The notes under the pieces are model-generated. The model was not told where the DNA came from, ran no database searches, and worked only from the letters and a program-made list of their open reading frames with translations. The position numbers were made by a program, and so were the translations under genes. Of a DNA stretch of 32,000 nucleotides, positions 26,201 to 32,000 are shown in pieces (positions within the stretch are counted from its first letter, which is position 1; each line of letters opens with the position of its first letter). The stretch comes from Halalkalibacterium halodurans. GTDB lineage: Bacteria > Bacillota > Bacilli > Bacillales > Bacillaceae_D. The stretch covers positions 104,397 to 136,396 of the forward strand of contig NZ_SNUY01000003.1 of assembly GCF_004376175.1 (NCBI RefSeq), given 5' to 3'.

Positions 26201-27800
26201 CCATGACATTTATTCGATTGAAGATTTGGCAGAGCTCATCCACGATTTGAAAAATGCGAACCCGCAAGCACGGATCAGTGTGAAACTCGTAGCTGGTACA
26301 GGCGTCGGGACGATCGCGGCAGGTGTAGCAAAAGGTCGTGCAGATCACGTAGTCATTAGCGGCTATGATGGTGGAACGGGAGCTGCTGCTCGAACCAGTA
26401 TTAAACACGCAGGACTGCCGTGGGAAATTGGGCTTGCAGAAACCCATCAAACACTCGTACTAAACAATTTGCGTGACCGCATTTCCATTGAGACGGATGG
26501 GAAGCTTATGACAGGTCGTGATGTCGTGATTGCGGCGCTGCTTGGTGCAGAGGAATATGCATTCTCTACAGCTCCACTCGTAGTACTAGGCTGCATTATT
26601 ATGCGCGTTTGTCATTTGGATACGTGCCCGGTAGGAATTGCTACGCAAAACCCAGAACTGCGTAAAAAATATATGGGTAAGCCTGAGCATGTGGTTAACT
26701 ACATGACATTTGTTGCACAAGAGATCCGCGAAATCATGGCAGAACTTGGGTTCCGCACAGTTGATGAGATGATAGGCCGAACCGATGTTCTTGAACAGAA
26801 TCGCAACATTGATAACTGGAAAGCCGTCCATGTCGATCTCTCAAGCTTGCTCTATCAGCCAAAGCCAGGACAGCAGGAGAAAAACTACAAGACGATCGAG
26901 CAGGATCATCAGCTTGAGCAATCACTCGATATGACAAAGCTTTTAGACATTTGCCGACCAGCGTTAGAGCGCAAAGAAAAAGTGCAGGCAGCTGTGTCGA
27001 TTAAAAACATCGATCGTGTCGCTGGTACAATTGTAGGTAGCGAGATTAGCAAGCGTTATGGTGCTGCTGGTCTGCCGGAAGATACGATTGAGCTTACGTT
27101 TAAAGGCTCAGCAGGGCAAAGCTTCGGCGCCTTCATTCCGCGTGGGATGACGCTTCACCTTGAAGGGGATGCGAACGACTATACAGCAAAAGGATTGTCT
27201 GGCGGAAAAATCATCGTCCGTCCACCTGCCGGCTCGACCTTTAAAGCGGAAGAGAACGTGATTATCGGGAATACGTCGTTCTACGGAGCCACGAGTGGAG
27301 AAGCGTTTATCCGTGGTCAAGCAGGCGAACGATTCTGTGTTCGTAACTCAGGTGTCAATGTGGTCATTGAGGGAATGGGTGATCATGGGCTTGAGTACAT
27401 GACAGGTGGTCGTGTCATCAACTTAGGAAAAGTTGGTAAAAACTTTGGTGCTGGTATGTCTGGTGGTGTCGGCTATATTTACGACTATGATGGGACGTTT
27501 GAGAAAAAATGCAACAAAGAAATGATTCTCCTTGAATCGTTATCAGATGAAGGAGATGTGGTCTTCATTAAGTCCATGCTTGAACGTCACTTGGCTTACA
27601 CCGATAGTGACCTAGCTAAATCGATTCTTGCAGACTGGAATCAAGCAAGGAAACGATTTATTAAAGTCATCCCTAAAGATTACAAACGCATGCTCGAGGC
27701 GATTGAGCGAGTGAAGCGGGAAGGGTTATCTGATACCGAAGCGGTCATGGTTGCGTTTGATGAGAATAAAAACGATAAAAGCAGAGTTGGCGGTAAATAA
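23202..27800 (+). CDS. gltA: glutamate synthase (NADPH) large subunit
   Basis: ~1532 aa. It has the Ntn amidotransferase start ...[10 protein letters not shown], an FMN/3Fe-4S central domain, and a C-terminal GXGXG beta-helix domain. The start is set at ATG 23202, 8 nt after AGGAG; ATG 23208 is equally possible. The symbol follows B. subtilis nomenclature. Confidence 0.95.
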   Translation: MPMQNYGYPKKQGLYDPQFEHDNCGIGFLAHMKGQKSHKIVEDALHILCNLEHRGGQGDEVNTGDGAGILLQLPHRFFQKVTVSEGISLPEEGKYGVGMLFLPQDESLRRETERKLEAIVNEEGQTFLGWRTVPTDDSMLGNAAKAAMPYIRQLFIQKSENVKAGLDFERKLYVIRKRAENEIGSLVEDGSFYFASFSSRTIVYKGMLTTEQVDQFYLDVVDPDFETALALVHSRFSTNTFPSWERAHPNRYMIHNGEINTVKGNVNWMHAREARFESEVFGTDLDKIHPVIDQEGSDSSMFDNTIEFLSLSGRAMAHAAMMMIPEPWQNDEHMSKEKKAFYQFHSTLMEPWDGPTAIVFTDGTQIGACLDRNGLRPSRYYVTKDDYIIMSSEVGVLDIDPENVLYKERLHPGHMLLVDLEEGRIIPDDEIKHQIASEHPYEEWVKENLVQLEDVLETSHVEDTDFGKLRERQLAFGYTYEELTKMIQPMVKEGEDPVGSMGYDSPLAVLSKRPQLLFNYFKQLFAQVTNPPIDAIREKVVTAIGTTIGAERNLLNPEPLSCRHIYLPSPILNNEELAKLKHNKMDGFMSTTLSILFDAKSGARGLEEALENLFAEADQAIEAGKTLLILSDRKMNETNAAIPSLLAVSGLHHHLIRKGTRTKVSILLESGEPREVHHHCVLLGYGAEAINPYLVFDSIDALLRDGLLDNISYVEAVENYVKAAVKGIMKVLSKMGISTIQSYRGAQIFEAVGVDESVINQYFTWTTTRIGGVTLKEIAEEVRLRHERAFSEQEGVDKALDPGDDLQWRRNGDPHQYNPHTIHMLQHACRKNDYDLYKKYASAINEQEKEQTTLRGLLKFTTDRKPISLEEVEPVEEIVKRFKTGAMSFGSISKEAHETLAIAMNRLGGKSNTGEGGEDPDRFTPDANGDLRRSAIKQVASGRFGVTSHYLVNADEIQIKVAQGAKPGEGGQLPGNKVYPWVAEVRGSTPGVGLISPPPHHDIYSIEDLAELIHDLKNANPQARISVKLVAGTGVGTIAAGVAKGRADHVVISGYDGGTGAAARTSIKHAGLPWEIGLAETHQTLVLNNLRDRISIETDGKLMTGRDVVIAALLGAEEYAFSTAPLVVLGCIIMRVCHLDTCPVGIATQNPELRKKYMGKPEHVVNYMTFVAQEIREIMAELGFRTVDEMIGRTDVLEQNRNIDNWKAVHVDLSSLLYQPKPGQQEKNYKTIEQDHQLEQSLDMTKLLDICRPALERKEKVQAAVSIKNIDRVAGTIVGSEISKRYGAAGLPEDTIELTFKGSAGQSFGAFIPRGMTLHLEGDANDYTAKGLSGGKIIVRPPAGSTFKAEENVIIGNTSFYGATSGEAFIRGQAGERFCVRNSGVNVVIEGMGDHGLEYMTGGRVINLGKVGKNFGAGMSGGVGYIYDYDGTFEKKCNKEMILLESLSDEGDVVFIKSMLERHLAYTDSDLAKSILADWNQARKRFIKVIPKDYKRMLEAIERVKREGLSDTEAVMVAFDENKNDKSRVGGK

Positions 27801-27811
27801 CTTGTTTAATC

Positions 27812-27842
27812 GACGGAGCGGTGACCTTGATCACCGCCCGTC
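27812..27842 (+). other. GC-rich intercistronic hairpin between gltA and gltB (no U-tract)
   Basis: A 12-bp stem GACGG(A)GCGGTGA / TCACCGCCCGTC with one bulged A and loop CCTTGA. It begins 12 nt after the gltA stop and is followed by CTAATATGC rather than a T-run. Confidence 0.5.
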
Positions 27843-27894
27843 TAATATGCATGAAGAGATCGAGAAAAATCGTTCGTAGTTTGGAGTGAGTGCT

Positions 27895-29382
27895 ATGGGG
27901 AAACCAACAGGATTTATGGAATATAAGCGGGAAACACCTCCAAAGAAAGACCCCTTTGAACGCTCAAAAAACTGGCAAGAGTTTACCCTTCTTATGCCGG
28001 AGAGTGCATTGAGACAACAAGGGGCACGATGTATGGATTGTGGTGTTCCATTTTGTCAAACAGGGACGTCAATGGATGGTTCTGGGGAGATTGGTTGCCC
28101 CGTCTATAACTTGATTCCAGAATGGAATGACCTCGTGTATCGCGGTCACTGGAAGGAAGCGTTAGAACGTCTACACAAAACGAATAACTTTCCAGAATTT
28201 ACAGGACGAGTTTGTCCTGCTCCGTGTGAAGGCTCGTGTACGGTTGCGATCAGCGACGACGCTGTTGCAATAAAGAGCATGGAATTCCATATTGTAGAAC
28301 GTGGATTCCAGGAAGGTTGGATTGTGCCTAACCCTCCTAGATCGAGAACAGGCAAAAAAGTAGCTGTCGTCGGTAGCGGTCCTGCAGGCTTAGCAGCAGC
28401 GGCTCAATTGAACAAAGCCGGTCATTGGGTAACGGTTTTTGAACGAGAAGATCGCATCGGCGGGCTGTTGACGTATGGAATTCCTGATGTAAAGCTTCCG
28501 TATCACGTAGTGGAACGTCGAATCAACCTTTTAAAAGAAGAAGGGATTGAATTCCGCACCAATGTTGAAATTGGAAAAGATGTTTCAGCAAAGCAGTTAA
28601 AAGACGACTTTGACGCGGTCGTTTTATGTACAGGTGCGACAAAGCCACGTGATGTAAATGTTAAGGGCAGAGAGCTCAAAGGTATTCACTTCGCCATGGA
28701 CTTCTTAACAGCAAATACGAAAAGCCTATTAAACTCGAACCATCAAGATGGTAACTATATTTCCGCAAAAGGGAAGCATGTCGTTGTGATCGGTGGTGGA
28801 GATACGGGGGCTGATTGTATTACAACCTCTGTCCGTCATGGGGCAAAATCGATTACGCAATTTGATATTAATCGTGAAAAATCAAACGAACGGCCTGACA
28901 ATAACCCATGGCCTTTGTTCCCAATCGTCCATACGGTAGAGGACGGCCATAAAGAAGCGGCGGCTGTTTATGGAAAGGACCCGAGAGCTTATCAAGTCAT
29001 GACGACAAAATTTGTCGGTGATGCTGAAGGTCATGTGAAGGAAATTCATACGATTTCTGTGGAAACAACCGTGCATCCTGATGGAAGCAAAACCCGTGTT
29101 GAAATTCCAGGCACCGAGAAAGTTTGGCCAGCTGACCTTGTGTTTCTAGCTGTAGGATTTACGGGGCCAGAAGAACAGCTTGTTCGTGAACTAGAGTTGG
29201 AAACTGATACACGTTCGAACATTAAAGCTGAGTATGGTAAATATGAGACGAGCTTAGAAGGTGTTTTTGCTGCCGGTGATAATCGCCGTGGACAGAGCCT
29301 TGTTGTTTGGGCGATCCACGAAGGTCGTGAAGCGGCACGAGAATGTGATAAATATTTGATGGGAGCCTCGAATTTACCGTAA
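27895..29382 (+). CDS. gltB: glutamate synthase (NADPH) small subunit
   Basis: It starts [13 protein letters not shown], with SD TGGAG 8 nt upstream. It has Cys clusters for the 4Fe-4S centres and the dinucleotide-binding motifs [14 protein letters not shown] and [13 protein letters not shown]. Colinear with Bacillus GltB. Confidence 0.95.
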   Translation: MGKPTGFMEYKRETPPKKDPFERSKNWQEFTLLMPESALRQQGARCMDCGVPFCQTGTSMDGSGEIGCPVYNLIPEWNDLVYRGHWKEALERLHKTNNFPEFTGRVCPAPCEGSCTVAISDDAVAIKSMEFHIVERGFQEGWIVPNPPRSRTGKKVAVVGSGPAGLAAAAQLNKAGHWVTVFEREDRIGGLLTYGIPDVKLPYHVVERRINLLKEEGIEFRTNVEIGKDVSAKQLKDDFDAVVLCTGATKPRDVNVKGRELKGIHFAMDFLTANTKSLLNSNHQDGNYISAKGKHVVVIGGGDTGADCITTSVRHGAKSITQFDINREKSNERPDNNPWPLFPIVHTVEDGHKEAAAVYGKDPRAYQVMTTKFVGDAEGHVKEIHTISVETTVHPDGSKTRVEIPGTEKVWPADLVFLAVGFTGPEEQLVRELELETDTRSNIKAEYGKYETSLEGVFAAGDNRRGQSLVVWAIHEGREAARECDKYLMGASNLP

Positions 29383-29449
29383 TGACACACAATTCTGTTA
29401 TGGAATTGTAATAGTATTTTCATAGCTTTCATGAGAAAATAATAGAAAC

Positions 29450-29484
29450 GGAGCGTTCATACTTCGATGGACGCTCCATTTTTT
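29450..29484 (+). terminator. intrinsic terminator of the gltAB operon
   Basis: An 11-bp stem GGAGCGTTCAT / ATGGACGCTCC (one G-U pair) with loop ACTTCG, followed by A then T6. Confidence 0.8.
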
Positions 29485-29576
29485 AGATATTTAAAGGGTA
29501 AGAAAAACGGTCGCTTCCGCCAGTGGTGGCAAGTCAAGTTTTTCTAAACGTTTTTCATGAAAGGGCGTAGGTTGTC

Positions 29577-30215
29577 ATGGTCAAATGGATGAAAAGAGGA
29601 GTACTTGTCTCCACGGCGCTCATTACACTTGGCTTCGCTTCCCCAACAGATGTTGTAAGAGGGACGGAAAATAGTTCACTACCTGAAAAGTCAGAAAACA
29701 CGGACAATGGAAAGCCGATCATTTACCGCGTAGATGCGGATTCGTATGGATTATATGATTCGGTTCTGAAAACACCAAATCATTATGTGCATCTGGCAGA
29801 TGAAACAACCGCTAGATTATTTGCCGACGGTATTATTGAAGAAGCGTATGAGCAAAGTTTAAAGAAATTTGGTCCAGTTATCGCAAGAAAAATTGGTTCC
29901 ATGTACGAAGAAAAAATCTTACCTGAGTTTAAACATGCTATTGTGGATGCGGTTGCAGGCATGCCAGTAGATGATCTGAACGATTTAAAGGTGTCCGATG
30001 ATCCTGCTAGTGGGCAAGGTGAGAAGATTGTTCATCTCTATCATCAAAAAACAGGGAACGACCTATTACGACTCCACGTGCGGAGAGACCAGCCACCAAA
30101 GCAAGGGTATTGGTTTAATTTTCACTATCATTCCTATGAGGATCAATTCCAATCTCATCGCGAATTAGGAACGGTTTTTTGGGGGAAAAACATGCCTCCC
30201 TATTGGCAAGCATGA
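29577..30215 (+). CDS. ypjP: YpjP-family protein (exported, function unknown)
   Basis: 212 aa with N-terminal signal/anchor MVKWMKRGVLVSTALITLGFA. The C-terminal block LLRLHVRRDQPPKQGYWFNFHYHSYEDQFQSHRELG matches B. subtilis YpjP as I recall it (LLRFHVRRDHPP..GYWFNFHYH). Confidence 0.8.
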   Translation: MVKWMKRGVLVSTALITLGFASPTDVVRGTENSSLPEKSENTDNGKPIIYRVDADSYGLYDSVLKTPNHYVHLADETTARLFADGIIEEAYEQSLKKFGPVIARKIGSMYEEKILPEFKHAIVDAVAGMPVDDLNDLKVSDDPASGQGEKIVHLYHQKTGNDLLRLHVRRDQPPKQGYWFNFHYHSYEDQFQSHRELGTVFWGKNMPPYWQA

Positions 30216-30235
30216 GTATAATGTAATTACAAATC

Positions 30236-30266
30236 AAAAGCTGCTCATTATGAGCGGCTTTTTTCT
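30236..30266 (+). terminator. intrinsic terminator of ypjP
   Basis: Stem AAAAGCTGCTCA / TGAGCGGCTTTT (one G-U pair) with loop TTA, running into T6. Confidence 0.75.
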
Positions 30267-30460
30267 TTGGTTGATTCATGGGATCATTTATGTGTGATCG
30301 CCGTTTATGTCCTTGTACTTACGTAAGTTACAGCATAAACGAAAACCCTAATTCATTTCTGACATAACATTTTAGTGTGGTGACTTTCACATTATCAGAA
30401 GGATCCTTTTTGTGTATGCGCATAACTATACGGACGTTTCCAAGTAGCGTGTCAAAAGCA

Positions 30461-30545
30461 CGGGACGCCTGCGGGAAAAGCCAGAGCTTCCGCTAATCGG
30501 GGAAATTTTCCCCGATTAGCGGAAGCCTCGCCCGCGGCACGCGAG
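30461..30545. repeat. long GC-rich imperfect palindrome (REP/MITE-like intergenic element)
   Basis: Core arms are perfect: GCTTCCGCTAATCGGGGAAA (30486-30505) and TTTCCCCGATTAGCGGAAGC (30507-30526). Outer partial pairing is GCGGG (30471-30475) with CCCGC (30531-30535), plus further GC-rich flanks. It is embedded in AT-rich non-coding DNA. Confidence 0.7.
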
Positions 30546-30833
30546 TATTTTTAGAAACAATCAATCCTATATAAAAAACACTCGTATTAACTGGATTTTA
30601 CAATATAGTTCTTTAGGTACGGATTGGTTTAGTGTTTCATATGGTTCATAAAAAGTAGTAGTTCATAGGAGGTGGTTTTTGATTTATTTGTAATAAATAA
30701 ACCTATTTTACTAAAATAAAATGAGATTTTCTAAGTAAATATACATAAACTTAAGGCGGGCGGAAATAAAATATGGTACTCTATTACTAGATAACGCAGA
30801 TATACATAGAGAGGAAAATGGAGGGAAGCTCGT

Positions 30834-31202
30834 ATGGTTAAACAGTGGAGCATGATTTTATTTGCGTTCGTTCTTTTTATTGGGGTATGGGCCCTTGCTG
30901 TCATTAAGTTAAATAGCGAATCAAGTGCTCCGCAAGAGATGCTTAGTGATGAAGTCGTTGAGCGGGAAGATAACCTAACGTATCAGTTTGGACGTGATGA
31001 TTCTCAAGCGATTAATTTGCAAGAAAGCCAGTATGAAGAATCAGAGGTTATAGAGAAACACGAGAAAGACAATGAAAAAGTCGAACGATCGATTAAACTC
31101 GATGACAAATGGATTGATCTAAGAAAGTATGATCTTTCTGTGATTTCGACACCGTCTGGCGTCCCAATCGATGATTTGCTCGATTTGCTTGAGATTCAGT
31201 AA
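30834..31202 (+). CDS. hypothetical membrane-anchored acidic protein
   Basis: 122 aa, with SD GGAGGG 8 nt upstream. One N-terminal TM helix (ILFAFVLFIGVWALAVI) is followed by an acidic, Glu/Asp-rich soluble part. I recognise no family. Confidence 0.55.
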   Translation: MVKQWSMILFAFVLFIGVWALAVIKLNSESSAPQEMLSDEVVEREDNLTYQFGRDDSQAINLQESQYEESEVIEKHEKDNEKVERSIKLDDKWIDLRKYDLSVISTPSGVPIDDLLDLLEIQ

Positions 31203-31295
31203 GATGGTTCATAGGATGTTTAAATTTGTTCCGTTCCCGGGCTCGATACTTTTGATAGGATAAAGATAGAACAAAAGGATGAGAGGGGCATGGAA

Positions 31296-31541
31296 ATGAA
31301 GCAATGGTTAAGGACGAAGTCTCCTCTTTTAAAGTGGGTACTTCGTCTTCTTTTTGCGTACGTTTGCGTAATAGTGGCAACACTTGCATTAGCGATCATT
31401 TCGATTTTTATTACGTTTACTTTTGTGATCATTGATACGATTAGTGACTCTACCCATTTAGGCGATTTTGCAGAAGCCTATTTTGTTCCAGTTTCTGAAT
31501 ATTTATGGGACATGTTCCTCTGGCTTGTTCCAGGATTGTAG
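31296..31541 (+). CDS. hypothetical small integral membrane protein (two predicted TM helices)
   Basis: 81 aa from ATG 31296 (SD GAGAGGGG 7 nt upstream), or 83 aa from ATG 31290. It has a long hydrophobic stretch VLRLLFAYVCVIVATLALAIISIFITFTFVII and a C-terminal hydrophobic end. I recognise no family. Confidence 0.5.
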   Translation: MKQWLRTKSPLLKWVLRLLFAYVCVIVATLALAIISIFITFTFVIIDTISDSTHLGDFAEAYFVPVSEYLWDMFLWLVPGL

Positions 31542-31561
31542 TGTAGGATGGGAGGGAAACG

Positions 31562-31663
31562 ATGACAGAAGAAATCATCATTGTACTTACCGTATTTGGT
31601 TTTTTTCTAATGAGTATGAGTAAAATGATTGTGGGAGAAGAAAAAACCTCCTCATCCAAGTAA
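31562..31663 (+). CDS. candidate 33-aa hydrophobic peptide (not in the ORF track)
   Basis: The ATG lies 5 nt after SD GGGAGGG. The translation is MTEEIIIVLTVFGFFLMSMSKMIVGEEKTSSSK, one TM helix plus a charged tail. It is 20 nt downstream of the preceding ORF, and its last 17 nt form the left arm of the palindrome at 31647-31692. Confidence 0.35.
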   Translation: MTEEIIIVLTVFGFFLMSMSKMIVGEEKTSSSK

Positions 31664-31692
31664 TGGAAATTTCCGTTACTTGGATGAGGAGG
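31641..31692 (-). terminator. 46-bp near-perfect palindrome that acts as an intrinsic terminator only for minus-strand transcripts
   Basis: Arms CCTCCTCATCCAAGTAA (31647-31663) and TTACTTGGATGAGGAGG (31676-31692) are perfect. The inner GGAAA/TTTCC extends the stem. A6 at 31641-31646 becomes a U6 tract after the hairpin on the minus strand. No T-run follows on the plus strand. Confidence 0.6.
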
Positions 31693-32000
31693 CCACCAAG
31701 CGAAAGCGCGGTAGGGTTTAAGCAAAATGCATGAAAAAAGGGTCTCTCCTTGGTAGAATCATAGTCGACAAAAACCCGATTCAAAGGAGAAACCCTATGC
31801 AAAAGAATAACACAGAATACCCAACTTTAAAAGAACTTGAACAGCTAGTTTGGAGGAAGTTACAGGAAACCTTCTCAAGTGTGATGACCTGCATACTAGA
31901 GGAATATGACGAAGAAATTATGCAACAACGTGATAAGCAACGCTTCCATTATAAAGATAAACGGCCTCTAAAAATAGACAGTTTATTTGGTGAGATTGAG
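31693..32000 (+). mobile_element. left part of an ISLre2-family insertion sequence (left boundary not determined)
   Basis: The transposase 5' end is preceded by ~100 nt of non-coding sequence. A single copy in a truncated window does not allow the terminal inverted repeat to be identified. Confidence 0.45.
31797..32000 (+). CDS. ISLre2-family (UPF0236) transposase, N-terminal 68 codons; continues beyond the window
   Basis: The ATG lies 6 nt after SD AAAGGAGA and the frame is open to the window end. MQKNNTEYPTLKELEQLVWRKLQETFSSVMTCILEEYDEEIMQQRDKQRFHYKDKRPLKIDSLFGEIE follows the conserved N-terminal pattern of ISLre2/UPF0236 transposases (..LE..I...L.E.F..V....LEE.D..I...RDK.R...KDKR...I.T.FGE.). 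Recognition is from memory. Confidence 0.75.
   Translation, partial: MQKNNTEYPTLKELEQLVWRKLQETFSSVMTCILEEYDEEIMQQRDKQRFHYKDKRPLKIDSLFGEIE

Noticed and set aside
30317-30328. Perfect 12-bp palindrome ACTTACGTAAGT in the ypjP-downstream spacer
   Set aside because: It is short and single-copy in the window, with no adjacent gene or promoter. Palindromes of this length occur by chance.
30667-30693. Strong SD (AGGAGGTG) followed by a 4-codon mini-ORF (TTG ATT TAT TTG TAA)
   Set aside because: It is too short to evaluate and could be chance in AT-rich DNA. I can identify no downstream regulated structure. It is noted only as a possible leader-peptide-like oddity.
1-32000. Search for CRISPR arrays, tRNA or rRNA genes and large direct repeats
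   Set aside because: By eye I noticed no regularly spaced direct repeats, no tRNA-like T-arm/acceptor signatures and no rRNA-like segments. This is not a substitute for tRNAscan, Infernal or repeat-finder runs.

Overview
This window looks like a core-chromosome segment of a spore-forming Bacillaceae (Bacillus-like) genome. All product calls rest on reading the ORF translations and on remembered family motifs and B. subtilis synteny; no database search was possible.

Gene content from left to right:
- The 3' end of a dynamin-family GTPase gene.
- The recU-ponA operon on the minus strand.
- A ypp-type sporulation neighbourhood: yppC-like, an sspM hidden inside a spurious long ORF, a RacA-like HTH/coiled-coil protein, and yppE-like.
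- A two-domain rhodanese, a UPF0126/TRIC-type membrane protein and a small exported membrane peptide.
- ilvA, cheV and rnz.
- A tightly packed thiol-redox operon: thioredoxin-like, bacilliredoxin BrxB, a CxxS TlpA-like protein and CvfC/YpgR.
- A small acidic protein followed by ydbS/ydbT-like bPH2 membrane proteins.
- An uncharacterised 323-aa protein with a KapB-like N-terminus, and an MBL-fold hydrolase.
- A TelA-like gene with a translationally coupled unknown partner.
- An NRDE-family protein, glutamate synthase gltA-gltB, and ypjP.

The last ~1.7 kb (30270-32000) differs in character. It is AT-rich and contains a long GC-rich palindromic element, three small membrane-protein ORFs, a 46-bp palindrome that can terminate only minus-strand transcripts, and the 5' end of an ISLre2-family transposase gene.

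I saw no rRNA, tRNA or CRISPR array. I did not find a clear multi-gene novel system. The best candidates for follow-up are the small hydrophobic ORF plus convergent terminator next to the IS, the palindromic element, the TelA pair, and the acidic-protein/YdbST cluster.

Several ORF-track starts are over-extended. I re-set them from Shine-Dalgarno positions: recU, yppE-like, cheV, the TlpA-like gene, the MBL gene, the telA partner, telA, NRDE, gltA and gltB.
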